64,000 bases of DNA from the NCBI GenBank assembly GCA_043228905.1, contig JBHGNT010000002.1:15190001-15254000 (forward strand). Direction: 5' to 3'. The notes under the pieces are model-generated. The model searched no databases, was not told the origin of the DNA, and worked only from the letters and a program-made list of their open reading frames with translations. How positions within the stretch are numbered: the first letter of the stretch is position 1; each line of letters starts with the position of its first letter. The position numbers and the translations under genes were made by a program. The stretch comes from Azolla caroliniana. Lineage: Eukaryota > Plantae > Polypodiophyta. Shown in pieces: positions 50,942 through 62,613 of this stretch.

Positions 50942-50983
50942 CCGTGGGTCCGGCGGACAAAGTCCTGTCCCACAGGCGTGCCA
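50942..50983 (+). other. tRNA-3'-end-like motif with stem-loop before G0 LTR (unit 2)
   Basis: CCGTGGG..GGACAAAGTCC.GTCCCACAGGCGTGCCA, then AG, then LTR. Confidence 0.7.
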
Positions 50984-51920
50984 AGTGTTGTCCATGGGAC
51001 TAAAAGACAAATTAGTTAAATATAATACGCCGGTAGGTAAGGTTAGTATGTGAGGAAGCTAGAGTTTAGGAAAACACTGAGTTTCAAACCTCACAGTCTG
51101 CCGACGGCTCGGCTCTATATGAAGAAAAAGTATGTAAACTGAGGACTGCATACCTCGACAAGGGGGGAATACCTAGATCATTCTGAGCGAAAGTAATACC
51201 ATAGGAGCAAGCTCTGTACGTACTGTTTCTGGCTGAGGCCGAGTACTGTAATCACTGTAAGCTTTATCATGGAATATAAGTTTCGTCTTTTCTAAACTTC
51301 TATCTGTGTATTCTCCCCGTACTCGTAAATCGGACTACGTTCATACTTAACGGGTTGTAGCCCGTGTACGATCCTTGTTCTCCTCTCTTTTTCCCCGTGT
51401 AGAAGAAAATCCACGTAACACAATCCCTTGACCCCGATAGCTTGTGGGCTCATCGAAGGTGTTTCCCCAGAAACGGTTAACACAATTTGGCACGCCGGTT
51501 TATAGCGGTAAGGTCACAGCAAACTACGTTGGAAGCAAACTCCAGCCACCATTATGGCGCCCCATCGCATCACGTGGTCTCGGCCACCTGCCCGACGCCC
51601 TGAGCCAGTCGAAGGAACTTCCGACTCAGCAGTCACAATCGTTCTAGGAAGTATCGGAGGCTCACCGGTTGCAATCCTCGCCACCCAATACCGAGTCGCG
51701 AGTTGATTCTGCACCAACCTCCCCGCTGAGCCCCCCAAAGGTCACCCAACTTGACCCTAACCCTTTTCCGGCCTTACCTGACGAACCGGATCTCGATATC
51801 ATGCCTTACCCTTACCCATGGTATAGCGACGGCTCCGACGCGGAAGCACACACCCGGGCGTTCGTGTCCACATGGCAAGCCAACCACTCGACACAGAGGT
51901 TATCAGCTGCCGAAATCGAG

Positions 51921-52210
51921 GCCTCTTCCTTGATGATGTAGAAAACCGAAGAAGAACCAAAAGCCCTCGGATGTCGTGTTTCAAAGCAACTCGGCGTGGT
52001 GTAGAACCAATTAAGAAAATATGGAAATGTGAGCTACACCGCGTAGAAGCCATGATTGGGATAGTTTCTACATCGGGACCATGGGCCACACCCGCATCGA
52101 AACCCTTTGACCTCCCGCTTCTTTTCAAGAGACTTGGATTCTCTCATATAGATTCTCTCACTCACACACAAATAGTTTCTATTTAATAGTAATTGAATTA
52201 ATTTTGAACT
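51921..52210 (+). mobile_element. Short 3' fragment of the same LINE family as 35640-36270
   Basis: GCCTCTTCCTTGATGA.GTAGAAAACC.AAGAAGAACCAAA shared with 36232-36270; ends in an AT-rich ATTGA-like tail. Confidence 0.55.
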
Positions 52211-53527
52211 ATAGTAGATGAGGTGCAATACAAAGTCAAACCCATCTAATTGCCCATTGTATCCCTTATCACTTAGTTCCTCTAGATGAACCTATTTGGT
52301 GGACACGATTTCATATAATCCTTCTAACATCTACTAAGTCATGGCTCTAACCACTAGGCCATTATATATTTATGCCCCCTTTTTCTTCCCCTTGCTTTTC
52401 TCATGTATTTTAGACATTTCCTTATTGCGTTCCCACCTTCCTCATGCCCACATCATGATACTACCAACACCAGATCCATCTTCTCCTTGACGCTCGGTCG
52501 GTTCAGCAAAGACGCTACCGGATGAACCCCAATTATGCGGCTAAGGTCAAGGAAGAAATAGACAACCTCCTCCGAGTCAGGTTCATACGACCGGTAAAAT
52601 GCGCCAAATGGTTAAGCCCAATCGTAGTCGTCCCCAAGAAAAACGGGAAAATCCGAGTATGCGTCGACTACCGCAAGGTTAATGTTGCAACGGTCACGGA
52701 AGGATTCCCTCTCCCGTTCACGGATAGCGTTCTCGACACGGTGGCAGGCACCAGTTGCAAACCTAGCACATCGCGGCCAGAGAACAACATCGGGATGCTT
52801 GGCGACAAGACATGGATGAAACTATAGCTCAACTCACCACACGCTATGAGCAGATAATCGCGCTCATCACCGAAAAAGCGAAAGATAATCAAGGTACTTT
52901 AGCACTCCTCGTCCACAAAAGCCAAACAGAAGCCAAGGCCGCACGGGAGGCAATGGAAGTTCACCGCGCTAGCATCGGCATGGACGATACTAAAATCAAG
53001 ATCCTAATCAACAAGTATCGCCAGCTATTCACCACAAAGATCAAAGACACCCTTGACTGTGTTTGGCAGGGGTGGTCAGCCCAAGCTGCAAACCTACACA
53101 TACTACACGCGAATTCCGACAACCAACGAAAGGAGGGCCGAGGGTTTTACAAGATGGATAACACCAGCATCCAAACCCTTCGAGAAGACTTAACTGAGGA
53201 ATATCATACCTTGGCACCATCCCACACCGCGGCCATCGAGCAACTCTTAGAGGAATTCAACGACGATCTAATGGTGTTTCGCTTAGAAGCCAAAGTGTAC
53301 GAGAAGGAACGACTCGCTACCGGGATTACCAGAGCTCCCACAACCAATGAGAAAGGACCCAAGCCACCCACCGCGGCAGGTAGACCAGAGGAACCTGCCC
53401 CTACACACCTCCACATCCCAACCGAGCTGTTGGGATTTCGGTCCCTCCGGATGGGATGTCCGGAGATGAATGACGGCAAGCCCGGTTGCGATTACGGAAC
53501 CGGATGATGAATAGTACCCGGCATGAA

Positions 53528-53700
53528 GCCGGATGAAGAGACCCCGGTTACGGAGCCGGATGACGAAGACCCGGTTACGGAGCCGGATGACGAAGACCCG
53601 GCTACGGAGTCGGATGACGAAGACCCGGCTACGGAGCCGGATGACGAAGACCCGGCTACGGAGCCGGATGATGAAGACCCCGGCTACGGAGCCGGATGAT
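53528..53700 (+). repeat. About six tandem 27-bp repeats in copia B U3 (also 58400-58572)
   Basis: GCCGGATGACGAAGACCCGG(C/T)TACGGA units. Confidence 0.92.
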
Positions 53701-54215
53701 GAGTGTACCCGGAGAGAGATCCGGATGCGGGGACATATTTGTGAATATGTTTGCCAAGAGCCCTTGAGGCTATATTTGTAAATAGCCCGAAAGTCATATG
53801 TGTATAAATATGACTTAGGGCAAACAGTTTTAGGTTGTTGTTGCTCATTTTCTGTTTTCCACTTAGAGGGAGCGAAGTGAGAGCAGCCGCGAGAGAGAGA
53901 GAGAGAGAGAAACGAGGAGGTCGTTGCCTCTGTGTATTACCGCCGCCTGTGGCGAAGACAGTGAGCTCAAGGTTGTTGCCTTGAAGCCTCACCATTGTAC
54001 ATCTCTGTTCATAGTGATAGTTGGAGTTTGAGGACTCCCGTGGTTTTTTTTTTTCCATTTAGGGTTTTCCACGTCAAACATCCCGTGTACTCTTCTCTCT
54101 ATTGTACTTCGTGCATTTTGTATTTCCTATTTTCTGTAAGTTGAACCTATTCCTCGGTTGTGGCCGAGCACCTGTTTTACAACAAACTGGTATCAGAGCG
54201 ACGGTAACACAGAAA

Positions 54216-57200
54216 ATGGAAGGCGGCGGTAGTGGGCCTCCGGGCATGATGGTGTTGAACTCACAGAACTACGCCGACTGGAAGATAAAGATGGAAGACC
54301 TTCTCATCGTCCGAGACCTGTACGAACCGATCGACAATGCCGAGATACCCAAGGGGGTAATAGAGTCGGAGTGGAAGCTCCTGAACCGGAAAGCCGTAGC
54401 GACGATCCGGAAATATGTCGATGTAAGTGTCCTGCAACATGTGGCGAACGATACGAACGCCTACGAGATGTGGCGGAAGCTGTCCGGACTGTATGAGAGG
54501 AAGAATGCTCTGACCCGGACCTCCCTGATGAGGAAGATAGTGAATCTTAAGTACCGGGACGGCGAGAGCATGGTCGAACACGTAAGCACGTTCATGGGAT
54601 TCGTGAAACAGCTTGCGGCGATCAAGTTCCCGTTGGAGGATGCAATGCAAGCCATCATCCTGATGTGTACATTGCCGGAAAGCTGGGAGAACTTGGTGGT
54701 GACTCTCAGCACCTCCTGCACCGAAGATAACTTGTCTCTACAAACGGTAAAGACGAGTATTTTGAACGAAGAAGCGCGTCGGAGAGATAAAGAACCGGCC
54801 TCCGACTCGAAGGCGCTGCTTACCGAATCGGAACGGGGAAGACAATGGAACCGGAGTCCGCAAAGACGGGAGAAGTCGGGGACCCGGTCGCAGTCAAGAG
54901 GAAGACCCACATGCTTCCACTGTGGGAAGCCGGGGCACTTCCGGAAGAATTGTCGGCATTACCGAAAGGACAACGGAGCCGACGACATCGATTCGAAGAA
55001 GTCACCGGAGCGAAACGGTGCATACCGGGGAGCCACGGACCGGAGAGGTCCGGATCGGCGAGGGCAGGACCGGAAAGGAATGACGGCACTCGCGGCAAGT
55101 GAAGAAGAGATAATGCTCATTACCGAAGAGAGGGAGCTGAACATTGCCGGTGAAGAGATGACCTGGGTGGTCGATTCCGGAGCGTCGTTCCACCTGACCC
55201 CGGAGAAGAAATACTTCTCATCCTACATAGCCGGTGAGCACGGCTGTGTCCGGATGGGAAATGAAGGTACATGCCGGATTGCCGGCATAGGAGACGTGTG
55301 GCTGATGACATCAACCGGATGCAAGATGCTGCTGAAGGATGTTCGACACGTTCCGGAGGTTCAATTGAACCTGATTTCGGCCGGGAGGCTAGACGATGAA
55401 GGCTACACGGGTAGCATCCGGAACGGTGTCATGAAGTTCAGCAAAGGGAGCCTGATAGTGGCTCGGGCCCGGAAGATCAACACACTGTACCTGATGAATT
55501 CCCGGCTATGTCCGGAGGAGCTGAACGTGGCAGCTGACACTGCCGGTGAGCTATGGCACAAGAGACTGTGCCACATGAGTGAGAAGGGGATGAAGAGGCT
55601 TGCAGAAGACAACCTCATTCCAGTGAAGCATGTGCACCTGGAGAAGTGCACCGACTGTCTGGCCGGTAAGCAAAACCGGACCTCCTTCCACTCAAGGCCA
55701 CCGACGAGACGTAGCGCACCATTGGAGCTGGTGCACACTGACGTGTGTCAAGTAGAAACGAAGTCACATGGCGGAGCCCAGTACTTCGTGACATTCATAG
55801 ATGACCATAGCCGGAAGTTGTGGACGGCACCGTTGAAGACAAAGGACCAAGTGTTGTGCGTCTTCAAAGAACTCCACGCGAGAGTGGAAAGGGAATCCGG
55901 CAAGAAGCTGAAAGCGATACGAGCGGATAACGAAGGGGAATACCGGGGGCAGTTCCAGGAGTACTGTCGCTCGAAGGGAATCCGGCTCGAGTTTACTGTG
56001 CCGAAGACGCCGGAACTGAACGGGCTGGCCGAGAGGATGAACCGGACCATAATGGAAAGGGTCCGGAGTATGCTGGCGCATGCGAAATTACCCAAGGGAT
56101 TTTGGGCTGAGGCAATGTCGACGGCGACATATGTGATAAATAGATCACCCTCAGTACCTTTGGACGGAGACACGCCGCAGAAAGTGTGGACCGGTAAGGA
56201 AGTGTCCTACCGGCACCTGAAGGTGTTCGGGTGTCTCGCATACGTGCATGTGGCAAAGGACCGGAGAGGAAAGCTAGATCCAAAGACCCGGCCATGCATA
56301 TTCCTCGGTTACGGCGACGACGAGTTCGGCTACCGAGTATGGGACCCGGTCGATAAGAAGATATTCAGGAGTCGAGATATCATCTTCATGGAGGACAAGA
56401 CACTCGCCGACTGGGAGTCGGAGAAGAAGATGAAGAGCTCCAAGTCGACCGGTGAGGATCAACTCTACAAGGAGCAGTCCCGACCGGCAAGAGACCGGTT
56501 AGCACTCGAGGATCCGGCCGAAGACGGTGAAGAAACAGAACCGGCCGAAGAAGATGAAAGTGATACCGGAACCGGCCCCGATCCCGAAATGGATTCGGAT
56601 GAAGAAGAATCGGAAGAACCGGTTACCGAAGCTCCGGAAAGGAGATACCCTCTAAGAGAGAGAAGGCCCCCCCGGAGATTCCCGGAACCAGAGCACGTGT
56701 TGCTAACCGACGAGGGGGAGCCGGAGAGCTTTGAAGAAGCAAAGCATGACACCCAGAGCCGCAGGTGGTTGAGTGCCATGCAGGACGAGATGGATTCCCT
56801 GCATGAGAACCACACATATGAACTTGTGGAGTTGCCGAAAGGAAAGCGGGCACTTCGAAACAAGTGGGTGTTCAAGCTGAAACCGGGAGATGCCGGAAAC
56901 CCCCCGAGATACAAAGCCAGGATCGTGGTGAAGGGGTTTCAGCAGAAGAAGGGCGTCGACTTCGACGAGATATTTGCCCCGGTAGTGAAGATGACCTCCA
57001 TCCGGACGGTGCTGAGCATAGCGGCAAGCATGGACCTCGAGGTAGAACAGATGGACGTGAAGACGGCATTCCTTCACGGTGACCTCGAAGAAGAGATCTA
57101 CATGCAGCAACCGGAAGGATTCGAGAAGAAAGGGAAGGAGCACCTGGTATGCCGGTTGAAGAAGAGCCTTTACGGACTGAAGCAGGCTCCCCGACAGTGG

Positions 57201-58289
57201 TACCGGAAGTTCGACTCCTTCATGACCGACGAAGGGTACCACAAAACGCAGTCCGATCACTGCGTGTTTGTGAAGAAGTTTGAAGTAGGAGACTCTCTAA
57301 TACTCCTCCTGTACGTGGACGACATGTTGATCGTCGGACGGGACCAGGTCAAGATACGGATGCTGAAGAAGGCTCTACACCGAACCTTCTCAATGAAGGA
57401 CTTGGGTCCGGCGAGACAAATACTAGGGATGCACATCATCCGGGACCGGAAGAAGAAGCAGTTGTGGCTGTCACAGGAGAAGTACGTGACAAAGGTGCTT
57501 CAACGGTTCAACATGTCGGAAGCAAGACCGGTCGGTTCAACCCTCCCGACAAACTGCAAGTTATCCGGCAAGCAAAGTCCCAAGACAAAGGCTGAGAAGG
57601 AGGACATGATGAAAGTACCATATGCCTCTGCCGTCGGAAGCTTGATGTACGCAATGGTGTGTACAAGACCGGACATAGGATATGCAGTCGGAGTGGTGAG
57701 CCGGTACATGAGCAATCCCGGCAAAGAGCACTGGAACGCGGTCAAGTGGATACTCCGATACCTGAAGGGCACGGCAAACGTGTGCCTCCGATTCGGGTCC
57801 GGTAAGCCCGAACTCGACGGCTTCACCGATTCGGATATGTCGGCTGATGCAGATACCAGCCGGTCCACATCAGGGTATGTGATGACGTATGCAGGGGGAG
57901 CTGTTTCGTGGCAGTCGAGGCTGCAGAAGACGGTTGCGTTGTCAACCACGGAGGCGGAGTACATGGCGGCTGTTGAAGCCGGCAAGGAAATAATATGGAT
58001 GAAGGACTTCATTAAAGAGCTCGGTATCCGGCAGGAGGAGTATCGACTCTACTGCGACAGTCAGAGTGCCATCCACCTTGCGAAGAATGCGGCCTATCAC
58101 TCCCGGACGAAGCACATCCAGCGTAGATATCACTGGATCCGGGAAAGGATAGAAGACAAGGAGTTCGTGCTGACGAAGATCCACACGGACGAGAACGGGT
58201 CGGATATGCTGACCAAGGTACTTACACCCGACAAGCTGGAAGCATGCCGGAAGAGGATCGGATTGGAGAGACATCCCATGCCGAAGTGA
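54216..58289 (+). CDS. gag-pol: Copia B gag-pol polyprotein (1357 aa, uninterrupted)
   Basis: CFHCGKPGHFRKNC, WVVDSGASFH, VHTDVC, LLYVDDML, RTKHIQRRYHWIRE in one open frame. Confidence 0.95.
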   Translation: MEGGGSGPPGMMVLNSQNYADWKIKMEDLLIVRDLYEPIDNAEIPKGVIESEWKLLNRKAVATIRKYVDVSVLQHVANDTNAYEMWRKLSGLYERKNALTRTSLMRKIVNLKYRDGESMVEHVSTFMGFVKQLAAIKFPLEDAMQAIILMCTLPESWENLVVTLSTSCTEDNLSLQTVKTSILNEEARRRDKEPASDSKALLTESERGRQWNRSPQRREKSGTRSQSRGRPTCFHCGKPGHFRKNCRHYRKDNGADDIDSKKSPERNGAYRGATDRRGPDRRGQDRKGMTALAASEEEIMLITEERELNIAGEEMTWVVDSGASFHLTPEKKYFSSYIAGEHGCVRMGNEGTCRIAGIGDVWLMTSTGCKMLLKDVRHVPEVQLNLISAGRLDDEGYTGSIRNGVMKFSKGSLIVARARKINTLYLMNSRLCPEELNVAADTAGELWHKRLCHMSEKGMKRLAEDNLIPVKHVHLEKCTDCLAGKQNRTSFHSRPPTRRSAPLELVHTDVCQVETKSHGGAQYFVTFIDDHSRKLWTAPLKTKDQVLCVFKELHARVERESGKKLKAIRADNEGEYRGQFQEYCRSKGIRLEFTVPKTPELNGLAERMNRTIMERVRSMLAHAKLPKGFWAEAMSTATYVINRSPSVPLDGDTPQKVWTGKEVSYRHLKVFGCLAYVHVAKDRRGKLDPKTRPCIFLGYGDDEFGYRVWDPVDKKIFRSRDIIFMEDKTLADWESEKKMKSSKSTGEDQLYKEQSRPARDRLALEDPAEDGEETEPAEEDESDTGTGPDPEMDSDEEESEEPVTEAPERRYPLRERRPPRRFPEPEHVLLTDEGEPESFEEAKHDTQSRRWLSAMQDEMDSLHENHTYELVELPKGKRALRNKWVFKLKPGDAGNPPRYKARIVVKGFQQKKGVDFDEIFAPVVKMTSIRTVLSIAASMDLEVEQMDVKTAFLHGDLEEEIYMQQPEGFEKKGKEHLVCRLKKSLYGLKQAPRQWYRKFDSFMTDEGYHKTQSDHCVFVKKFEVGDSLILLLYVDDMLIVGRDQVKIRMLKKALHRTFSMKDLGPARQILGMHIIRDRKKKQLWLSQEKYVTKVLQRFNMSEARPVGSTLPTNCKLSGKQSPKTKAEKEDMMKVPYASAVGSLMYAMVCTRPDIGYAVGVVSRYMSNPGKEHWNAVKWILRYLKGTANVCLRFGSGKPELDGFTDSDMSADADTSRSTSGYVMTYAGGAVSWQSRLQKTVALSTTEAEYMAAVEAGKEIIWMKDFIKELGIRQEEYRLYCDSQSAIHLAKNAAYHSRTKHIQRRYHWIRERIEDKEFVLTKIHTDENGSDMLTKVLTPDKLEACRKRIGLERHPMPK

Positions 58290-59369
58290 AGGGGGAGTTT
58301 GTTGGGATTTCGGTCCCTCCGGATGGGATGTCCGGAGATGAATGACGGCAAGCCCGGTTGCGATTACGGAACCGGATGATGAATAGTACCCGGCATGAAG
58401 CCGGATGAAGAGACCCCGGTTACGGAGCCGGATGACGAAGACCCGGTTACGGAGCCGGATGACGAAGACCCGGCTACGGAGCCGGATGACGAAGACCCGG
58501 CTACGGAGCCGGATGACGAAGACCCGGCTACGGAGCCGGATGATGAAGACCCCGGCTACGGAGCCGGATGATGAGTGTACCCGGAGAGAGATCCGGATGC
58601 GGGGACATATTTGTGAATATGTTTGCCAAGAGCCCTTGAGGCTATATTTGTAAATAGCCCGAAAGTCATATGTGTATAAATATGACTTAGGGCAAACAGT
58701 TTTAGGTTGTTGTTGCTCATTTTCTGTTTTCCACTTAGAGGGAGCGAAGTGAGAGCAGCCGCGAGAGAGAGAGAGAGAGAGAAACGAGGAGGTCGTTGCC
58801 TCTGTGTATTACCGCCGCCTGTGGCGAAGACAGTGAGCTCAAGGTTGTTGCCTTGAAGCCTCACCATTGTACATCTCTGTTCATAGTGATAGTTGGAGTT
58901 TGAGGACTCCCGTGGTTTTTTTTTTTCCATTTAGGGTTTTCCACGTCAAACATCCCGTGTACTCTTCTCTCTATTGTACTTCGTGCATTTTGTATTTCCT
59001 GTTTTCTGTAAGTTGAACCTATTCCTCGGTTGTGGCCGAGCACCTGTTTTACAACACAAGCCACTCACCACGGCACCTAGACCAGAGGAACCTGCCCCTA
59101 CAGACCTCGACATCCCACCCGAGCCACAGACTACAACCACGACCCTACCTAAATCGGTCCCAATAGAGGAGGGCCCACACGACGACACTGCCATCCCCGA
59201 CTCGGCAACGAAACCTCCATCATCAACCCCACCTTCCATGCAGCCAAACCAACCCTATGCCCCCGAGGATATCCTCGGCATATTGGAAGAGGAATAAAAC
59301 AAACCTATAAGCCCTCGTAGGAACGAGAAATTTTTGTAATTTGTGTTGTTTTACCAAATCCGTGTGAAT

Positions 59370-59410
59370 CGTGGGTTGGACGGACAAAATCCTGTCCCAC
59401 GGGCGTGCCA
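59370..59410 (+). other. tRNA-3'-end-like motif before the last G0 LTR
   Basis: CGTGGGTT..GTCCCACGGGCGTGCCA, then GG, then LTR start TGTTTTCCATGGG. Confidence 0.72.
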
Positions 59411-59897
59411 GGTGTTTTCCATGGGACAACAAGATAAATTAGTTAAATATAATACGCCGGTAGGTAAGGTTAGTATGTGAGGAAGCTAGAGTTTAGGAAA
59501 ACACCGAGTTTCGAGCCTCACAGTTAGCTGACAGCTCGGCTCTGTATATAGAAAAAGTATATAAACCGAGGTCTGTGTACCTCGACAAGGGGGGAATACC
59601 TAGATCATTCTGAGTGAAAGTAATATCATAGGAGCAAGCTTTGTACGTACTGTTTCCGGCTGAGGCCGAGTACCGTAATCACTGTAAGCTTTATCATGGA
59701 ATATAAGTTTCGTCTTTTCTAAACTTCTATCTGTGTATTCTCCCCATACTCGTAAATCAGGCTACGTTCATACTTAACGGGTCATAGACCGTGTACGATC
59801 CTTGTTCTCCTCTCTTTTTCTCCGTGTAGAAGAAGCTTCCACGTAACACGATCCCTTGACCCCGATAGCCTGTGGGCTCATCGAAGGTGTTTCCCCA

Positions 59898-61080
59898 CCG
59901 GCTTCTCCGGCTCTTGCCTCGTCGAAAACCGCTTCCTTTTTACAAGGTCCACGATGGAATCTTAGAATTCCCTCATTGCTATCCCTAGCACCTCCCTCAA
60001 GGTGAGCTACACCCAGCTGTCGAGGATTCGTTCCTCGAAGACCTTCTGCAGGTCCATCGCTCTCTCTATCTCCAACCTAAACTAAAAGCCCGACAACTTC
60101 GTCTTCTCCTGTGAGCCGGCTGGGCCTTCGTCATTCTTCTTCAGCCCACTCTGGGTCTCGTACCGGTTCGAGGACCGGCGTTTCCGGCCCACTTATGTTC
60201 TATCAGAACCTCGTAGTTTTGGGACGCGGCTTCCACGAAGCCGGTTTTCACTTCTACCAGATTGTCACATCCGGTGCCCTCCTGGACCCGCTTCTCCGCA
60301 CGGTCCACTTCTTCCTTCCTTAACCACATGTCAGATAGGCCCTCTAGCACAAGCAACGAGAGTCTGGTACTGCTTCCGGATCCCATGCCATTCTCTTCTC
60401 CTACCTAGATCCCTGCCGACACGGAGTAGTGAATGGCCTCGATGTTCCGAGCCGCGACTTCCTCCATTAGCCTCTTCATGCCACATCTTCTGGTGTTCAC
60501 CACCAGAGGCCTTCGCGTGTCGCATATGTGCACTTGTCCATTCCAAAGGTACACAACATTGTTCTTGAGTGCTTCAGCAAAATTGGTGCACTCTCTCCGC
60601 ATGTGGCCGAAGGCATTGCACCACATGCACCTCTGGTCGTTCGGTGGGTGCTGATCATGTGATTGGCCGTCGCCTTCCCTCTGGGCTGGGCAATCTGGAG
60701 GTCTCGTACCATCCTCGATAGCTCTAGCTCCTCCAGAGTTGCGCCCCCGAATAAACCTTCCACCACGTCGGTTGGAACCATGCCCGTCTCAAGCCACCTG
60801 CTAGTATCTTCCAACGGAGTCGGAATCTTCTCCATCCTCTTCCCGGTGGTCGGTCCGTCTGCTGACACCCCCGCATCGTTCCACTCCCGCCGCTTGTGAA
60901 AATGACTACATACTCTCTTGACAACAATCTAGTCGGTCGTGAGCTCTTTATCCGTGAGGAGACCCACCTTCTCCCGATCACGCGTTGTCACGAAGGTACG
61001 ACAAAGACACGTGAACTTGAGGTAGGACCTCGGGGCCTCCGACCAGAGGAAATCAAATTCGTGCGTTTATACTTTAAGAA
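59898..61080 (-). mobile_element. Ty3/gypsy gag remnant, probably the 5' part of Gx
   Basis: CMWCNAFGHMRREC knuckle at 60405..60626; strand and position fit gag upstream of the Gx protease at 44457. Confidence 0.65.
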
Positions 61081-61489
61081 TTAACGGAAATGAGAAGATT
61101 TAGTAATTTTTTACTTCGTTCGTTTGGGCCTCATCATGCATTATTGTGCTTTGTTTGACCTCTTCATCATATGTATTAGCTTTGACCTTCGCTTCCTCAC
61201 CGCCACCTTCCATCTCTGGTCTTATGTTGGTTCTTGGGCATAATTGCAGAACTCTCTGGAACCTGCGTGGAGGGATTCTCATCCTTATCTGCTTTTGCTT
61301 TTGTCATCTTGTTCATAGCCATCTCTTTGGCTATCTCTCTTTCGCACGCATCCGCGTCGGCCCTTGCTTCCTCACCACCATTTTTCTTACATCTCTCAAA
61401 CAAGTGTGGAGGGTGTCATGATAACACTCACATCATGCATCGAAAAGAACACGACACTCACATTATGACTCGAAAGCATTTGATTGAAT

Positions 61490-62186
61490 CTAATATCAGT
61501 CGGACGGCTCGATGACGAAGGTTATAGCGGTCACTTCCGAAATTGCACGTGGAAATTCTGTAGAGGGAACTTGATCGTGGTTCGGGTCAAGAACTAAAAT
61601 ACATTATACATGATGCATGCACGACTGAGCCGAAACGAGGAAAATGCGGCAACCGACACAACCGGAGAGTTGTGGCATAAGAGGCTATCTCACATGAGTT
61701 AGAAGGGTATGTAGATGTTGGTCGGAAAACAACTCTTGCCGGAAGTGAAGAATGTGCATTTGGACAAATGTGTCGACTGCCTGGCCGACAAACGAAATCC
61801 AGCCGCCTTTCGATCTAGGCCTCTGATGTAGAGGAAAAATGCCTTGGAACTTGTACACACCGATGTGTGCTATGTAGATGCAAGGTCTCATTCTAGTGGA
61901 CAGTAGTTCGTAAACTTCATAAATGATTATAGGCATATGTTGTGGGCTAACGTGCAAAAGACGAAGGATCAAGTACTGAGTGTCTTTAAGGTGTTCCAAG
62001 TGAGAGCCGACAGAGAAACTGGATGGAACTTGAAGGTGGTCCGAACGGACAATGGCAATGAATACAGAGGGAAGTTCGAAGAGAACTGTCGGTAAAAGGG
62101 AATCCGGCTTGAATATACCGTACCGAAGACGCCAATGTTGAACGGGCTAGCCGAAACAATGAACCAGACCATCATGGAAAGAGTTG
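61490..62186 (+). mobile_element. Degenerate copia integrase fragment, duplicate of 33341-34036
   Basis: Direct alignment, roughly 96-97% identical by eye. Confidence 0.85.
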
Positions 62187-62518
62187 CCTCTTTAATATTC
62201 TCAAAAGTTGTTTATGATAAAATATTTGTACTTAAATTCTTTATTCCTTTTACATTAAATGATGTTTGGGGAAATCGTGATGCTTGTAATGGTGATTTAA
62301 GATGCACTTTAATATTGAATTGAAAATTAAAAGTTATATTGGAACTAACTAGGCATATTATTGAATGGTCAACTTGGAATACATGAAATTCATGACGATA
62401 TTGCCATGCATGCCTTCGGAGCTTTACTTCCATGATCGTGTCACGATGAAATTAAAATATCATTTCGTGCTCACAAAAGTAAGCATGGCATACAATTAAA
62501 CTAAGCTTCTACATGCTC

Positions 62519-62526
62519 TATTTAAA
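62519..62526 (+). promoter_or_regulatory. Putative TATA box of dirigent-like gene copy 2
   Basis: TATTTAAA ~90 nt upstream of ATG. Confidence 0.5.
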
Positions 62527-62613
62527 GCTAGCCAAATCCTTGCAAAGGTCATTTCATATCTCTCTTGAAAACCTCATCATCAGTACTTAGAATTCATCTC
62601 AATACTTATAGCA

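Larger units (their letters stand above)
53428..59056 (+). mobile_element. Ty1/copia B (Tnt1/Tork-like), young and structurally intact
   Basis: 757-bp LTRs 53428-54184 and 58300-59056 with ~2 differences; PBS TGGTATCAGAGC 54188-54199; PPT GAAGGGGGAG; TSD CGAGC/CAAGC. Confidence 0.97.
44458..59897 (+). mobile_element. Tandem of two deleted G0 elements sharing a central LTR; hosts copia A2 and copia B
   Basis: LTR start 44458, ORF3, LTR 50986-51482, PBS 51488, gag to 51920, RT 52460-52748, ORF3 52749-59297, LTR 59413-59897 (3' truncated). Confidence 0.8.

Noticed and set aside
53528-53700. CRISPR-like regular repeats (also the 18-bp arrays in copia A LTRs)
   Set aside because: Head-to-tail repeats without unique spacers, inside eukaryotic LTRs; no cas genes.
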